Positions 1 to 13,458 of a stretch of DNA of 64,000 nucleotides are shown here, piece after piece (positions within the stretch are counted from its first letter, which is position 1; each line of letters begins with the position of its first letter). The notes under the pieces are model-generated. The model saw only the letters and a program-made list of their open reading frames with translations, was not told where the DNA came from and did not search any database. The stretch spans positions 1,674,001 through 1,738,000 of the forward strand of contig NEEC01000009.1 in the NCBI GenBank assembly GCA_002189035.1, read 5' to 3'. The position numbers were made by a program, and so were the translations under genes. This DNA comes from Utricularia gibba. Lineage: Eukaryota; Plantae; Magnoliophyta.

Positions 1-252
1 CATGATTCTAGATTGGTTGCTGCTGTATGTACGTATGTATACCCTTCTGTGTCTGTTAACTCTTATGGGAAGTCTGTTGGCTCCGGGTGATGATTGTCTC
101 CGTTCGACAGTTTGACGTTTGCTGATTTCCGACTAAGAATTAGCTGTCTTGAACCGCATACTAATTGGGTTGCTGTTTTTTATTTAAAAAAGAAGGTTAG
201 GATTCAGGGGCAGAATTCAAAGTAAGCTTGGTGCTCATGTACGTATTGGAAG

Positions 253-1776
253 ATGAATGAAATCCATATTAATGATAAGAGGAGTATGCGGAGCAAGAGT
301 GCAGAAGGTACTAGGAACCGAGGTTGGACAGCATTCGACCTTGAGCAAAGACGGAAGCAACATGGTTCCAAGGCCGATGATTCCTTAGAAGACTATCCTG
401 CATTAAGGGGTGAGTACCCCAAGAGACCACCACTTAACAAACACAGATCACAGTTAGAGAAGCCCTTTTCTTCAGTAGTTAGAAGTTCAGTTCGTACTTT
501 GGCTGATACACAAGACAGAGCCCAAGAGAAGACCATGGCGCCTGGTACAATCTCTTCTGTAGATTCAGGCAGAAATACTGATGCTTGTCAGAGACTTAGT
601 GATCTTCATCCTTGGGCTGACAAAAGCTTCATCCAGGACGTGTTGGCTGCTGTCGATCAAGATTTGGATGAGGCATCGCGTTTTCTTGGGGAGATGCTTG
701 TCGGTGGCAGTAATCATGACAACGCGAGTTTAACGTCTGATGGTTGTGATGTAACAGCATTTGATGTCGAACGTTTGTCTGCCGACAGGAAGGAAGAAAT
801 AAGCTGCCATTCGCATGGTGCACCGATTGATGCCTATAAGACTAGCGACTTTCTAGCATTGCCAATATTAACATTGGATCCTTTCAAGCCCTCCGTTGAT
901 GAGTCCGAGCCTTCCTGGAGTGAGGAGGATGTTTACATGCGCCATAGAAAAGAAGCGATAAAGATGATGCGGTATTTTTATTTTAATGTCTGTGGTGATA
1001 GTTTATATTCATTTGATTGTATCTTACATTTTTTTTTCTCAGATCTGCATCCCGCCTATCGAAGTCTGCAAATGAAGCGTATCTGAGAGGTGGCCACATA
1101 GCTGCACGCCAATTCTCTCGGAAAGCTCATGAGCAATGGATTGCTGCCCGGAATCTGAATGCCAAGGCAGCTAATGAAATTCTCAGGACTAGGAACTCCT
1201 CGAATGACATCTGGAGATTGGATTTACATGGCCTACATGCGGCAGAAGCAATTGTAGCATTGCAGCAGCGGTTACAAATCGTGGAATCTGTTCATCCACT
1301 ACAGCTGAAAGCCACTTCAAATCCCTTCTCCAGTGAACCAGCAACATCCACCCCATCAGAACCGTCTGCATCTCCCCTCAAAACTCATAAGCTTGGGACA
1401 CAGAACCCCACATCTAGGCAGATTCCTTGGTTGCTGGAAGCCATAACAGGTTAGCCACTTGGAACCAAAATCCTTTCGCCATGATGAAAACCTACATCTC
1501 AGTTTTTTCCCCACAGGAAAGGGCAATCATAGTCAAGGTCCAGCTGCACTACCATCAGCAGTAAAAAGCTTTCTTAGTGAAAATGGGTAAAGGAAACACA
1601 TCTGCTTTAAATCTTTAATCCTCGTTGAAGAATAATTTTCCAGTGTGTGGTTCTTGAAGGGTGTGCAGGCCTGCTCATACTGGTATATTAACATATATAC
1701 TCATCATCTCTACAGGTATCATTTTGATGAAAGACCGGGGGCGATTGTAATTAGACCAAAATTCCGGCACCGGTAA
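253..1776 (+). CDS. Smr (small MutS-related)/DUF1771 domain protein, At5g23520-like; 4 coding exons
   Basis: GWTAFDL N-terminal motif; CUE-like segment (HPWADKSFIQDVLAAVD); DUF1771 helix (MRHRKEAIKMMR|SASRLSKSANEAY); Smr motif LDLHGLHAAEA...ITG|KGNHS. GT-AG introns join to ...ENG|YHFDERPGAIVIRPKFRHR-TAA (1774-1776). The start could be ATG 253 or 286. Confidence 0.85.
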
Positions 1777-2536
1777 GTTGCATTTAACATGAAACCTTCG
1801 ACAGCCATCCTTCTGCACCTTCTTCCTTGTATCATATTCTTCTATCTTGGTAACTTAGAGAGCATAATCCACGCAAGTGGGTTATTCTTGTGTGTGCGGA
1901 TACCATCGATTTTGTGTAATATTCATTTAAACTCCATTTGTGGTAGCTGTTAAAGTTTCTTATTATTCTTCTAATTGCTGGATCACAGTAAAATATATTA
2001 TAGAATATAGAACCGGTGTAATGGTTGAGACAGCTCCTCCGACCGGTCCGACCCGGTCTAGTACATATTTATATTAAATTAAATTAATGTGACGTGGGTT
2101 TTTAAAATCATTTATATTCTATCGTTTAGAAAAGATAGGAATGATTTTTGGAAATCGATTTTTAAAAATAATTTATAAATTTATAGAATATTTTTATAAT
2201 ACAAATGATTTAAAATGTGATCTACAAATGTATAAAATATAATCATTAATTTTCTAAAAAAATCAATTTTTTAAATTATACGTATAAATTCTTATTCTAT
2301 CACAATCCTTAATCATTCATTGAGTAGCTTTTTTCAAACATTGTGTTAATAATGTTGATTGGTGTTAAAATGATCAATTATCTTTTATATTAATAAATGA
2401 ATAGATGTCGATTTTTTTTTCAAAACATTAATTTTTAAAATTTTTTATTGAGAAACAAGTTCACTTGAATTCCAAATTTATCACACAGTTTGGAGAACGT
2501 GGAATATATGATAAAAATAAAAACTTGGTGAAACCG

Positions 2537-3674
<1,138 letters not shown>

Positions 3675-4679
3675 TCTGGGAGGGAGTTTACTAACAACCC
3701 GGATCTTTGCATGGATTCAGGGCTCTCTTATATGAGTACGAGAGGTTCAACCACGTTAATCAAACTTAAAAATTAATCTAATTTAATACTTAAAATAGAT
3801 AGTATCGTATAAAAATAAAATAAATCGTAATAACATATTAATTTTTATAATTTTTTTATTCATATAATATATTGGATCTATTTAGAAAAGTAATCATACT
3901 CTCATTTTGTTTTACACACTCAATCAAAATTCTTTAACTAAGAATAATCAATTTTCTCAGTCCATATTTTAAACATATCCTAATATCATTGATTAGGTGA
4001 TAGTAATGTGACTCTAAAAAAACATGTTGTCTCCTAATCTTCTCCTTTAACACATAATTATTTTATAAAATAATTATAAAAATACTTTGAATTAAATATT
4101 CAATGAGTTTTGTTAAGCAAATTAAATTTTACAAGAGTAAAAGATAAAATTACATTTTACTAACAATTATAATAAATCTAAATAAATTAATTTTTAATAT
4201 TAATCATGTGCTAATCGACATTCAAATGCATTATTAAGAGAAGGGTAAAAATAGTATCCGTACGAAATTTAGGAGGGTCAAAGTCAAGGTCAACGAAGTC
4301 AAGGATGAAGGAGAGGATTGAAATGGCGATGCGATGCGATGTAATGCTCAACCACCCTACCCCTTCCCTTAATCATGTGTTTTGCGGGGTTTATCGGAAG
4401 CCAATCGGAGTGGAGGACCCAAACCACAGACGCCGCTTCGTCTCCATCGAGGATGCGCAGCCGCCGGACCCACGCCAATTACTCATCGCCCGCCCAACGC
4501 CATGCGAAACCCAAACGGGGGAACAACGCGACAAATACATCCGCGTCGCGGGCGCATAGTTTATGTATAAGATAGCTTTCCAAACGGAAACCAGTCCCAA
4601 TGCCGACTCCGGTTCATCTCTGCGTGCTCCAGAAACGAAAGACTGAGGAGACGACACGCGATACAACCCGGGCCGGGCC

Positions 4680-4720
4680 TTGTCATTTTTGGGCCGGATA
4701 GTTATCATTGTTGGGCCCCC
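4680..4720. promoter_or_regulatory. Site II (TGGGCY/GGCCC) motif cluster upstream of centrin
   Basis: gggccgggcc ending at about 4680, tgggcc at about 4690 and 4712; typical TCP-bound elements of plant housekeeping promoters. Confidence 0.4.
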
Positions 4721-5155
4721 AACCTCCCGTCCGGTATTTGCATTATCTTCCCCCATTTTGTTTCCGCATTTTCATTTAATTATAAAATTGTGAATAGGCC
4801 GTGTCTATTTTTTATATGATAAAGTAGAAGTAAATATTTAATTATGAGTATAAAAATGTAAATTATGAATATATTAATGATTCTAATTTGTAATCACTAT
4901 TTTCTCAGAAATTATGTCTGTGAAAATTGGGATGATGAATATTAGCATATATTTGACGTTCTTGCCGAAGGTAAAATGTTGGCTCCAATGACGTACCTCC
5001 GCGTGTCTTGTGTCGCTAGGGCTTCCGAGTTCAGGCTAATTCAGCGTTCTTGAATATATCCGTGTACTTCTTCTTCTTCGTTGTTGCTCCAAGATTCGAG
5101 CTATTCTTCGGCCCTTCGACGTTGCCATCCCCTATCTGGAGAAACCCACATCGAT

Positions 5156-6573
5156 ATGGTAATGACACGTTTTTCAATTTCTCGTCGCTTTGGAGTGTAA
5201 TCCTATAATCATTTTCTTGTACGGGTCTCTGGTGAATTATCCGATATGGCTCCAGGATCGAACTCTGTAACTGTGTTCACGCCAAAAAAATCAGTTTTTT
5301 TATACTCTTTTAAATCGATCGCTTGGCACGTAGCTCCGGGTCGTAACATCACTTTTGGCCTAAAATGTTTCTTCCTGTTGGGTTTCCTAAAAGCCATTGC
5401 CTTCTGTATTCATTCTGTGCATTTTTGTTTGCAATTTTTGGGATCAGATTCTTTTTCTTTTTTGAACTTTGGGTATCGGCTGGATGATGTTTTATTGGTG
5501 TTTAATTCAAAAAGCCTGTTTGTTAGCTTCATCGCACTGACACACCGTTTCCTATTGCTATGTTGTCACATTTTAGTGTATGCGATTTTAACATCCTGTT
5601 CGTTTGCAGTCGATCAATTACAGAGGAGCGTCCAGGAAAGATAAACCAAGAGGGCGCCTTCCTGGGTTGAGCCAGCAGAAAAAGCAGGAAATTAAGGAAG
5701 CGTTTGAGTTATTTGACACCGATGGATCGGGTAAACAATCGCAAGTGATAAGTTTGAGCTACTGCATTGAAGCTCCTGATGGCTCTTCTTCTTCAACTAT
5801 GACCTGCAGGAACTATTGATGCCAAAGAGTTGAATGTAGCAATGAGGTGGATCTTCCTTCTAAAATGAATGCAATATACGTATATTATTGATCTCCCATT
5901 AACTGATTCTTGTGCTAACGTGTTCCCTTTACAGAGCCCTCGGGTTTGAAATGTCTGAAGAGGTATTGAACTTTTTTTTTTTTTCTTAGCTAATTTGGAA
6001 TGGGTGTTATAGGGCCCTTTCACCTGCATACTTGAATCAGCTGTGTTATTTCGTTCATGTCATTGGGAATATTTGCAGGAAATCACTGGAATGATAGCTG
6101 AGGTGGACAAAGATGGGAGTGGTGCTATCGACTTTGATGAATTTTGTCACATGATGACAGCAAAATTTGGAGAAAGGGCCACAAAAGAAGAGCTCATGAA
6201 AGCGTTTCATATCATCGACAAAGACCAGAACGTAAATCTGCCCACTTCCCACATCCTCTTCCTGTTTGTCATCCTGTGAAGTCAGTCCTTTTGAATCAAA
6301 AACTCCACAATGTGATTGCAGGGAAAGATATCCATAGCTGACGTTCAGCGCACCGTCAGAGAGTTGGGCGAAACATTCACAGAGAAAGAGATTCGTGACA
6401 TGATCGACGAGGCTGATCGAGATGGTAAAGCAACCACGCCACTACCTCTTCACACGCATTACAAGTACACCTACATTTTTCAAGCTAATTCCTTATTGTG
6501 CTTCTCAGGTGATGGTGAAGTAAGCGTTGATGAGTTCATAAAGATGATGAGGAGAACATCCTATGGCTTCTAG
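5156..6573 (+). CDS. CML20: Centrin/caltractin (EF-hand protein)
   Basis: ATG-only first exon (5156-5158, then GTAATG). Exons give [16 protein letters not shown]...[18 protein letters not shown]|[12 protein letters not shown]|ALGFEM...[13 protein letters not shown]...MMRRTSYGF*, i.e. four EF hands. Confidence 0.9.
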
Positions 6574-6859
6574 AGCGCAGCTCCCCCTGTGTAGACTGTA
6601 TCAGTATCAACTTCAGCATATTGTCACTTGATTTCAATAATTCTCGTTTGCCGAAGAGTGCTATGATATGCAGTATTTACTACTACTGGTTGGCTTTCTC
6701 AACTCTTTTCTGTGAAACATGTTTATTTGCTGCCCTTCTTGAGTACAAATTCATCTGTTTTACCCGTCCCACCATACAAAATCATTACTTACAAACTCCC
6801 TGTAGTGACAGGGCGATACACAAAGTATCAGTCTGAAAGGGCTAACAAGCATGTACAGA

Positions 6860-7466
6860 TTACAGCGCAAGAGCCTCAGGTACAGAGCAATGGTTGTCGC
6901 TTTTCGGAATCCGGCATCGCCGGCATGTTTCACAGGAACAGCTACTGAATCAGGGATGCCGGAGCAGGGGGTGTGCTGCCATATGCCGCACATGTCGCAT
7001 GCTAGCATTCGCTCTCCATCATCATCCTTGGCGCCACATACGCATTCCACAGTCCACCTTTCTACTCCCCTCTCCATTCTGTACAGACCAAAGGGCTTTC
7101 TTGCCTAGGAACTTCCCTCTAACTCGAGCGAATTCCGGCGAGCCAAATAAGAGCTTGAGTTGGGTGGAACCGTCGACACCACCATATCCGACCAGCTCCT
7201 CAGTTTGGAACCTCGTAAGTATCAAGTACACTTCTTGGAAAGCTCTTGCCGCTTCGAACTTGAGGTCAGCAACTGTGGCATCGGCAGAGAGCGCTAGTAT
7301 TTCTGATGGAGGATTATGGATGAAGTCTCCTCCGGGTTGTTCCATGAGATCCACCTCACAAACAACATTCGCAATATTGTTCGTGGAAATCAACAGCGGA
7401 TCTAAGGGTTGGTAGCACTTTAGGGTTCAGGAACAAATCGGATCGGTGTGGTGCCATCGAAGTCAT
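6860..7466 (-). pseudogene. 5'-truncated PHD-finger gene (MS1/MMD1/At1g33420 family, C-terminal third only) with two frameshifts
   Basis: PPSEILALSADATVADLKFEAARAFQEVY and MERGVERWTVECVCGAKDDDGERMLACDMCGIWQHTPC match the family C-terminus. There is a frame change at about 7090 and another before the terminal CRRC at about 6930. Only about 150 bp separate it from the head-to-head thioesterase, leaving no room for the N-terminal ~400 aa. Confidence 0.7.
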
Positions 7467-7472
7467 ATCTCC

Positions 7473-7481
7473 AAACCCTAA
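7473..7481 (+). promoter_or_regulatory. Telo-box (AAACCCTAA)
   Basis: Exact AAACCCTAA about 140 bp upstream of the thioesterase ATG; a reverse-oriented TTAGGGTT lies at about 7420. Confidence 0.45.
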
Positions 7482-7618
7482 ACTCCAATACTGTCGCTCT
7501 TGTTAGACAACCTGGATCGGGTGCCGTGCGATCGGAGCCCTATCTCCGTCGGTTGAAATAGAAAAATTGGGGTCGGGAAAAAGATCTTCGGACAGCGTAT
7601 TGCGCTAGGCAGCCAAAA

Positions 7619-8246
7619 ATGGATTTGGATTCAGTGAAGAGACTGGTGGAGAAGAACGGCGGCGATTACGAAGGGCTTGTCGATTCCATGCCCCCTGGAT
7701 TCATTGAAACGATGGTAACTAGCGGCTTAAAAATCGATGCAGTCGAGCGCGGTCGCCTCCTATGTTCCCTAACCGTTCCCCGCCGTTTGCTGGTTCGTTA
7801 TTCTTGTTTTCTCATCCACTGATTATCGATCCATCTTATTTTTGTGAATCGGTTTCCTTTTCCAAGAATACCGGCAATTCTCTCCACGGTGGCGCCACGG
7901 GGACGCTGGTGGACATAGTAGGATCGGCGGTTATTCTGACCATGGGAGTTCCGACCACCGGCGTCTCCCTGGAAATCAACGTTTCCTACTTAGACGGTGC
8001 GTATGCTGGGGTAAGTCGCTCATAATTTGGCATCTGAACTCATCGTCATTATCCAAAATCAACGAATGTGACTGGATTTTCATTTCATTTCGTTTGGATC
8101 AGGATGAGATCGAGATCGAGGCAAAGGTCCTGCGAACTGGGAAGGCCATTGCTGTCGTGACTGTGGAGTTGAGAAACAAGAAGACTGGAAAGATCATTGC
8201 CCAGGGGCGACATACCAAGTACTTGGCTATCTCTAGTAAGATTTGA
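7619..8246 (+). CDS. Acyl-CoA thioesterase 13 / PaaI hot-dog thioesterase; 3 exons
   Basis: GRLLCSLTVPRRLL|NTGNSLHGGATGTLVD...GVSLEINVSYL..A|DEIEIEAKVLRTGKAIAVVTVELRNKKTGKIIAQGRHTKY; TGA at 8244-8246. Confidence 0.92.
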
Positions 8247-8749
8247 ACTTGCTGCTGCTTCGTATAGCATGTAACTGCTTCTATCATATCATTCAAACCT
8301 GCAACCGCAACTCAAATAAACTTCGAGATCGGAATGCATATACTTCGATCTGCACGCCAAATTGGTTTTTTCCGGTGGGAATGCATAGAACTGCAACCCG
8401 TCGTCGCTGGCTTGCATATAGTGTACTCAAAAGCCCTTCTGGGGTTGGAGAAATGAGCATCAAGTTGACACATCTAACCTTGCCGCGTAAGGACGTGGCA
8501 CAATGTGCGGCTCCCCAAAAAACCGTCAAAGCAGCCCTTTTGGTCCACATATTTATCGTTTATTTGAGGACGATGCTTAGACACCGTTCAATTACTTGTA
8601 GCCCAGTGTTTTTTCTTGGTTTGTTCGAGAACCCAGAAGAATTCCAGCTTTAGATTCTTCTGGATGATCTCATTGGTTCGTGGGTTTGCGATGGCTGAGT
8701 AGGTATAAAAACACCTTACAAGTGAACCAGTTTGTAGTTGCCTGATTCC

Positions 8750-10584
8750 ATGTCTACTTCATGCGCCTCTTTGCCAAAATCTCTGAATCTAGAAGTTGTG
8801 GAGAGAAACAGAGCGTGGAGATGTCGTAGTCAAGGTGATCAATTTTGTGATGCAGTTCCTTGGTGGTGAGTGTTTTTGAATTCTCGAGGAACCCATGGTT
8901 TTATTCTTGTGCTTTTACGTAAAGGAAGCAGGCGGGGGCTGAAACGGAGAGATTTCGCGTTCAAAGGGATGGTAACGGCTGGAGCTTCCATTGTGGCCTC
9001 TACGGCTGTTGCAGAATCCCCGAAACTCCAAGGTGATTCTCGTCGAGTCTCTCCCTCCAACAATTTTGAAAGTATACTGCAAGGTTTCCTAATGAAGTCT
9101 TCTTGTTCTTTTTCAGCTCCAGCGAAGTTAGAGTATAAACCGGAGGGATACAATTACTGGACATGGAGGGATTGGAAAATACACTATGTGGTTGAAGGGC
9201 AGGGGCTCCCTGTAGTTCTGATTCATGGATTTGGGGCATCTGCATTTCACTGGAGGTTGTATATTGCCCTTTTGAACTTAGGATTATACCTTTTTTATGC
9301 GATTCTTGTTCTACGGAAGTCCAAGGGCTAGATGATTTTCATTCTTCTCTACTGCAAAACACCTACTTGTTTGTGCGGCTGCTACAGCCAACCTCATGTT
9401 TCTTTCGTTTTTGTCTTGTTTCCTTAGGTACAACATTCCAGAACTGGCGAAGAAGTACAAGGTTTATGCAATAGATTTGCTTGGCTTCGGATGGAGTGAG
9501 AAAGCGATTACTGAGTACGATGCTCTAGTGTGGAGGGATCAAGTTGTGGACTTTGTGAAGGAAGTAGTCAAAGAACCAGCAGTTTTAGTTGGGAACAGGC
9601 ATACCCTCATTACTCTGTTCTCGTTTAACGGATTTTTATCTCTTAGCTGTTCAGGTTCATGGCACTGATTCATCCTAGACGGGTTTCTTACTACCCTTGA
9701 TTATTCCTACTGAATTTCTTTGGCTGCAATGACGGAAATATTTGTCTTTGATCACGGTTTGCATTTTATGAAATCTCAGCCTCGGTGGATTTACTGCCCT
9801 GGTGGCCGCAGCTGCACTCCAGGATCAAGTTAAGGGGGCCGTATTGCTGAACACAGCGGGGCAATTCGGTGACGCCACCTCCGAGAAGACGGCGGCCCAA
9901 GAAAATGCATTTCAGACACTTATCCTCAATCCACTGAAGCAAGTTTTCCAGCGCATAGTTCTTGGCGTCTTGTTTTGGCAAGCCAAGCAACCAGCTCGTA
10001 TTGAGTCCGTCTTGAAAAGTGTACGCGCACACCCTCTCCCTAGCTCATTGCACATTCTCATACCCTCCTGAATGTCTTGTATCTCCATCAACTTTAGGTA
10101 TACATCAACCCTGCTAATGTAGACGACTATCTCATCGAATCAATAACCAGGCCAGCCACTGACCCCAATGCAGGGGAAGTATACTACAGGTTCGTGTTGA
10201 TCTTGATCTTGTTGGTCATCATACAATGAATGCATTATGTTGATCTTGATCTTGTTCTGTTCGTGTCTGCATAAAGCGTCGCCTTTTTTGTTTTCTACAT
10301 TCAGAATGATGTCAAGATTCATGAGCAACCAACGGAGGTACACACTGGATAGCGTCCTAAGCCAGCTAAGTTGCCCCTTGTTGTTGATCTGGGGTGATAA
10401 GGATCCGTGGGTCGGAGCTGCCAAAGCTCGCCGGATTCAGGAATTCTACGGCGAGACTCGTCTTGTGTCCCTGCCGGCCGGCCACTGCCCCCACGACGAA
10501 GCGCCGGAGTTGGTGAACGCAGCCTTGGTGGACTGGCTCTCCAGTCTCCCTCACACACATTCTTCCCAATCCGAATCCGAATAG
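8750..10584 (+). CDS. Plastid-targeted alpha/beta-hydrolase, At4g36530/pheophytinase-like family; multi-exon
   Basis: VVLIHGFGASAFHWR|YNIPEL..YKVYAIDLLGFGWS, LVGN-S|LGG nucleophile elbow, LLIWGDKDPW, AGHCPHDE. The first exon phase suggests a possible 1-nt indel, so the start is tentative. Confidence 0.88.
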
Positions 10585-10824
10585 TGCCTCCCTCCTCTTT
10601 TTCTGTATACAAAACAGCATATTCTGTTTGGTCCACTGCCCTTTATTCTATCCCACCTATACTCACTAGATTATTAAAAAAAGGATTAATTAATGAAAGT
10701 AAATTCCCTTTTATTCAAATGTAAAAGCAATGCTGGAAGTAGGTGAAGGTGAATTTAAATGGGAAAGATGAATGAATGAATACTGCAACTGCATGGAAGA
10801 AAGCCTTTTTTTAATTACTTTATT

Positions 10825-10870
10825 TCCCGGGAATATTCGCGGGGAAAGAAACGGCTCTTTTCCACGTGTC
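10825..10870. promoter_or_regulatory. P1BS element (GAATATTC, 10831-10838) inside a near-palindrome, plus G-box/ABRE (CACGTGTC, about 10863-10870)
   Basis: Matches the GNATATNC consensus; lies about 200 bp upstream of the pyrophosphatase 5' leader. Confidence 0.45.
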
Positions 10871-11538
10871 GGAAAATGATTCGTGTGCTGTCAGAACTAA
10901 CCGTCTGCGGAGAGAAAAATCCAGAGTCTGGCCCCTAGCCGTAACAGCTACTCAACCCACAGCGCCTCCTTTATATTTAGGACGCACTGTCACGCCGAAC
11001 TCACCGCTGCCCCTGCTTCTTCGGTGAGTCGCCATTCTCTGGAATCTCAATTTTCAGGTAATTTTGATAATGCAGATTGACTTCGTAATTTGCTTTGTTT
11101 CTGAGAATTTTGAGGACTTGTTGTGGGTTTCATCAAGTGCGGTTTGCTGATCTGGAATTTTCGGTGTTAGACTGCTTTAAATGTGTTTGTGCGCTGCTTT
11201 TCGAATTGTTTTGTGCTTTTTTTTTTAGTTTTCCTTGTCATGAATTATCATCCTTGCGGCGAATGTTTTGGTTTTTTATTTTCTGGGTCATTGATTCGCA
11301 GTCGTGAGTAACGATTATTAGAAAAATCAAGGTTTTCTGTCTTGTGTTCATTTTTAGTTTTCTTGATTAAAGCATGTTTCTTTACCAAAAGATATTTGAA
11401 AATGATACCTGATTTGATGGTTTTTTTTGTTGGAAGTTCTAGTTGACATATTTGGATGCAGTTCTAGTTGCCCATAGATGGTTTAGTCATTTTGCATGAA
11501 GATGTTCTCCCTTTCCCTTCTTGATGGTGTAGTTGAAT

Positions 11539-12999
11539 ATGGCTGAAAATAGTCAACCGGCTCCAACGGTACAAGCAGCAGCCCCTAAGAACACCGGAAA
11601 CACCCGTGTATCCCTCAATGAGAGGATCCTCTCTTCGATGTCACGCAGATCTGTTGCTGCTCATCCCTGGCATGACTTAGAAATAGGTAGGAGCTTGTGC
11701 AGCAGCAATATTTGTATTGTCATTGTTATGCTTTTTGGACTTCTACTGTTTTTTTCTTAATTGAGAGAACCATGCGTATGCAGGGCCAGGGGCTCCGTCA
11801 GTTTTCAATTGTGTGAGTCTCCTCTATCTTCATATGCACATATCCTGCTTATATTCCGAAGTTTATTTGCTGTTATTTGAGATGTATATAAAAGAATTGA
11901 GATGCCCGAGTCTTTTTTAGATATTCTCTTATTTGCATGCTTTATGCGTGCAAATGTTAACCAGTTAACTAAAGGCGATCTAGTAGGCTACTATATTTTT
12001 CATGATCATTGCCAGGTGGTTGAGATTGGAAAAGGTAGCAAGGTTAAGTATGAGCTTGACAAAGCCAGTGGCCTCATCAAGGTGCTCATTTGACCATCAT
12101 GGTTTACACAGTTTTGATCTCTAGTCCCTTCCGAGATTTTATCTACTGTTCTTGTATATGAGCTGGAATTCCTGCTGAAAGGAAATGCTTGGTTCACAGG
12201 TTGATCGAGTTCTCTACTCATCCGTTGTGTATCCGCACAACTATGGTTTCATCCCTCGCACCCTCTGTGAGGATAACGATCCCATGGATGTTCTGATACT
12301 GATGCAGGTTCTTTCATCACACCTGAAGATGCACTTGTTTCCTATGTTTTGCTTCCTGATCCCAGTATTGTACATGAAGGGTTGCTTTTGTATTGCACAA
12401 TACAGGAACCTGTGCTTCCTGGAACTTTCCTCAGGGCAAGAGCCATCGGTTTGATGCCGATGATAGATCAGGTGACTCTTTGTAGGGAAGTTCGTGCATA
12501 GAAATTATAAAACTATGATTCCATGGCTGATCATGCATCAAATCCTACCGTTCAAAAACTGTCTGTCTCTCAGGGTGAGAAAGATGACAAAATAATTGCA
12601 GTTTGTGCTGATGACCCCGAGTTCCGCCACTACAAGGACATAAAGGATCTCCCACCGCATCGCCTGGCTGAAATCCGTCGGTTTTTCGAGGACTGTATCC
12701 TTTCATTAGCTGCTCTTCATTCCATTCATCTAGCTTAGGCAACAGGCATACATACATACACCATTTGTGTTCCAAACGGCAATAGATAAGAAAAACGAGA
12801 ACAAGTCGGTTGCAGTGGAAGACTTTCTCCCAGCTGAAACTGCGGTTGCTGCCATCAAGCACTCCATGTAAGTAGCATGGTTTCCAGTTCCATACAGTAA
12901 CTGCTCATACTGGCGATTCTTTTACATCAATCCTGCTGCTATCTCCGACATGCCAGGGATCTTTACGCCTCCTACATCGTTGAAACGCTGCGGCAGTGA
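11539..12999 (+). CDS. PPA: Soluble inorganic pyrophosphatase (family I PPa); intron in the 5' leader
   Basis: [79 protein letters not shown]|[20 protein letters not shown]. Confidence 0.95.
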
Positions 13000-13458
13000 C
13001 TCTGATGGACGTGGCGCGGTGTGGATGGTGGTTTGCAGAAAGCCTTCCATATACTCGTGCCCCATGTTCCTTCAACTCGCGTACCAGGGAAGAAGCCACC
13101 TGAAATAACAATCCTCCTACTTTTACTTCGTTTTTGTGCTGCGAACATGGACCTCTCACCGAATACAGTTTGCAGTTCTCTTGATTGTTCGGAACATTAT
13201 GTGGTTCGTTACTAATGTGATCTTTAAAACATGCATCCAAACCATTTCGAGAAAGAATGAACAGTAGACTAGATTGTGATCTGAATCCGGAAGCAACAAC
13301 AACCTTAAAGAGCACATAGTTCAAAAGGCCTGAATGATCCAGTTACAGCCCTCCCCCACTCGTGTGTTGTGAAAATAGGTGTCTGAAGCTGCAGGGTGCA
13401 TTCGATACAAATGGAACTGGGCCTAAGAATAAAACGGAAGCTCTTCGAGGGTGATCAA

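Noticed and set aside
5144-5154. ACCCACATCG resembling the snRNA upstream sequence element
   Set aside because: It sits directly before the centrin ATG, with no correctly spaced TATA or snRNA body.
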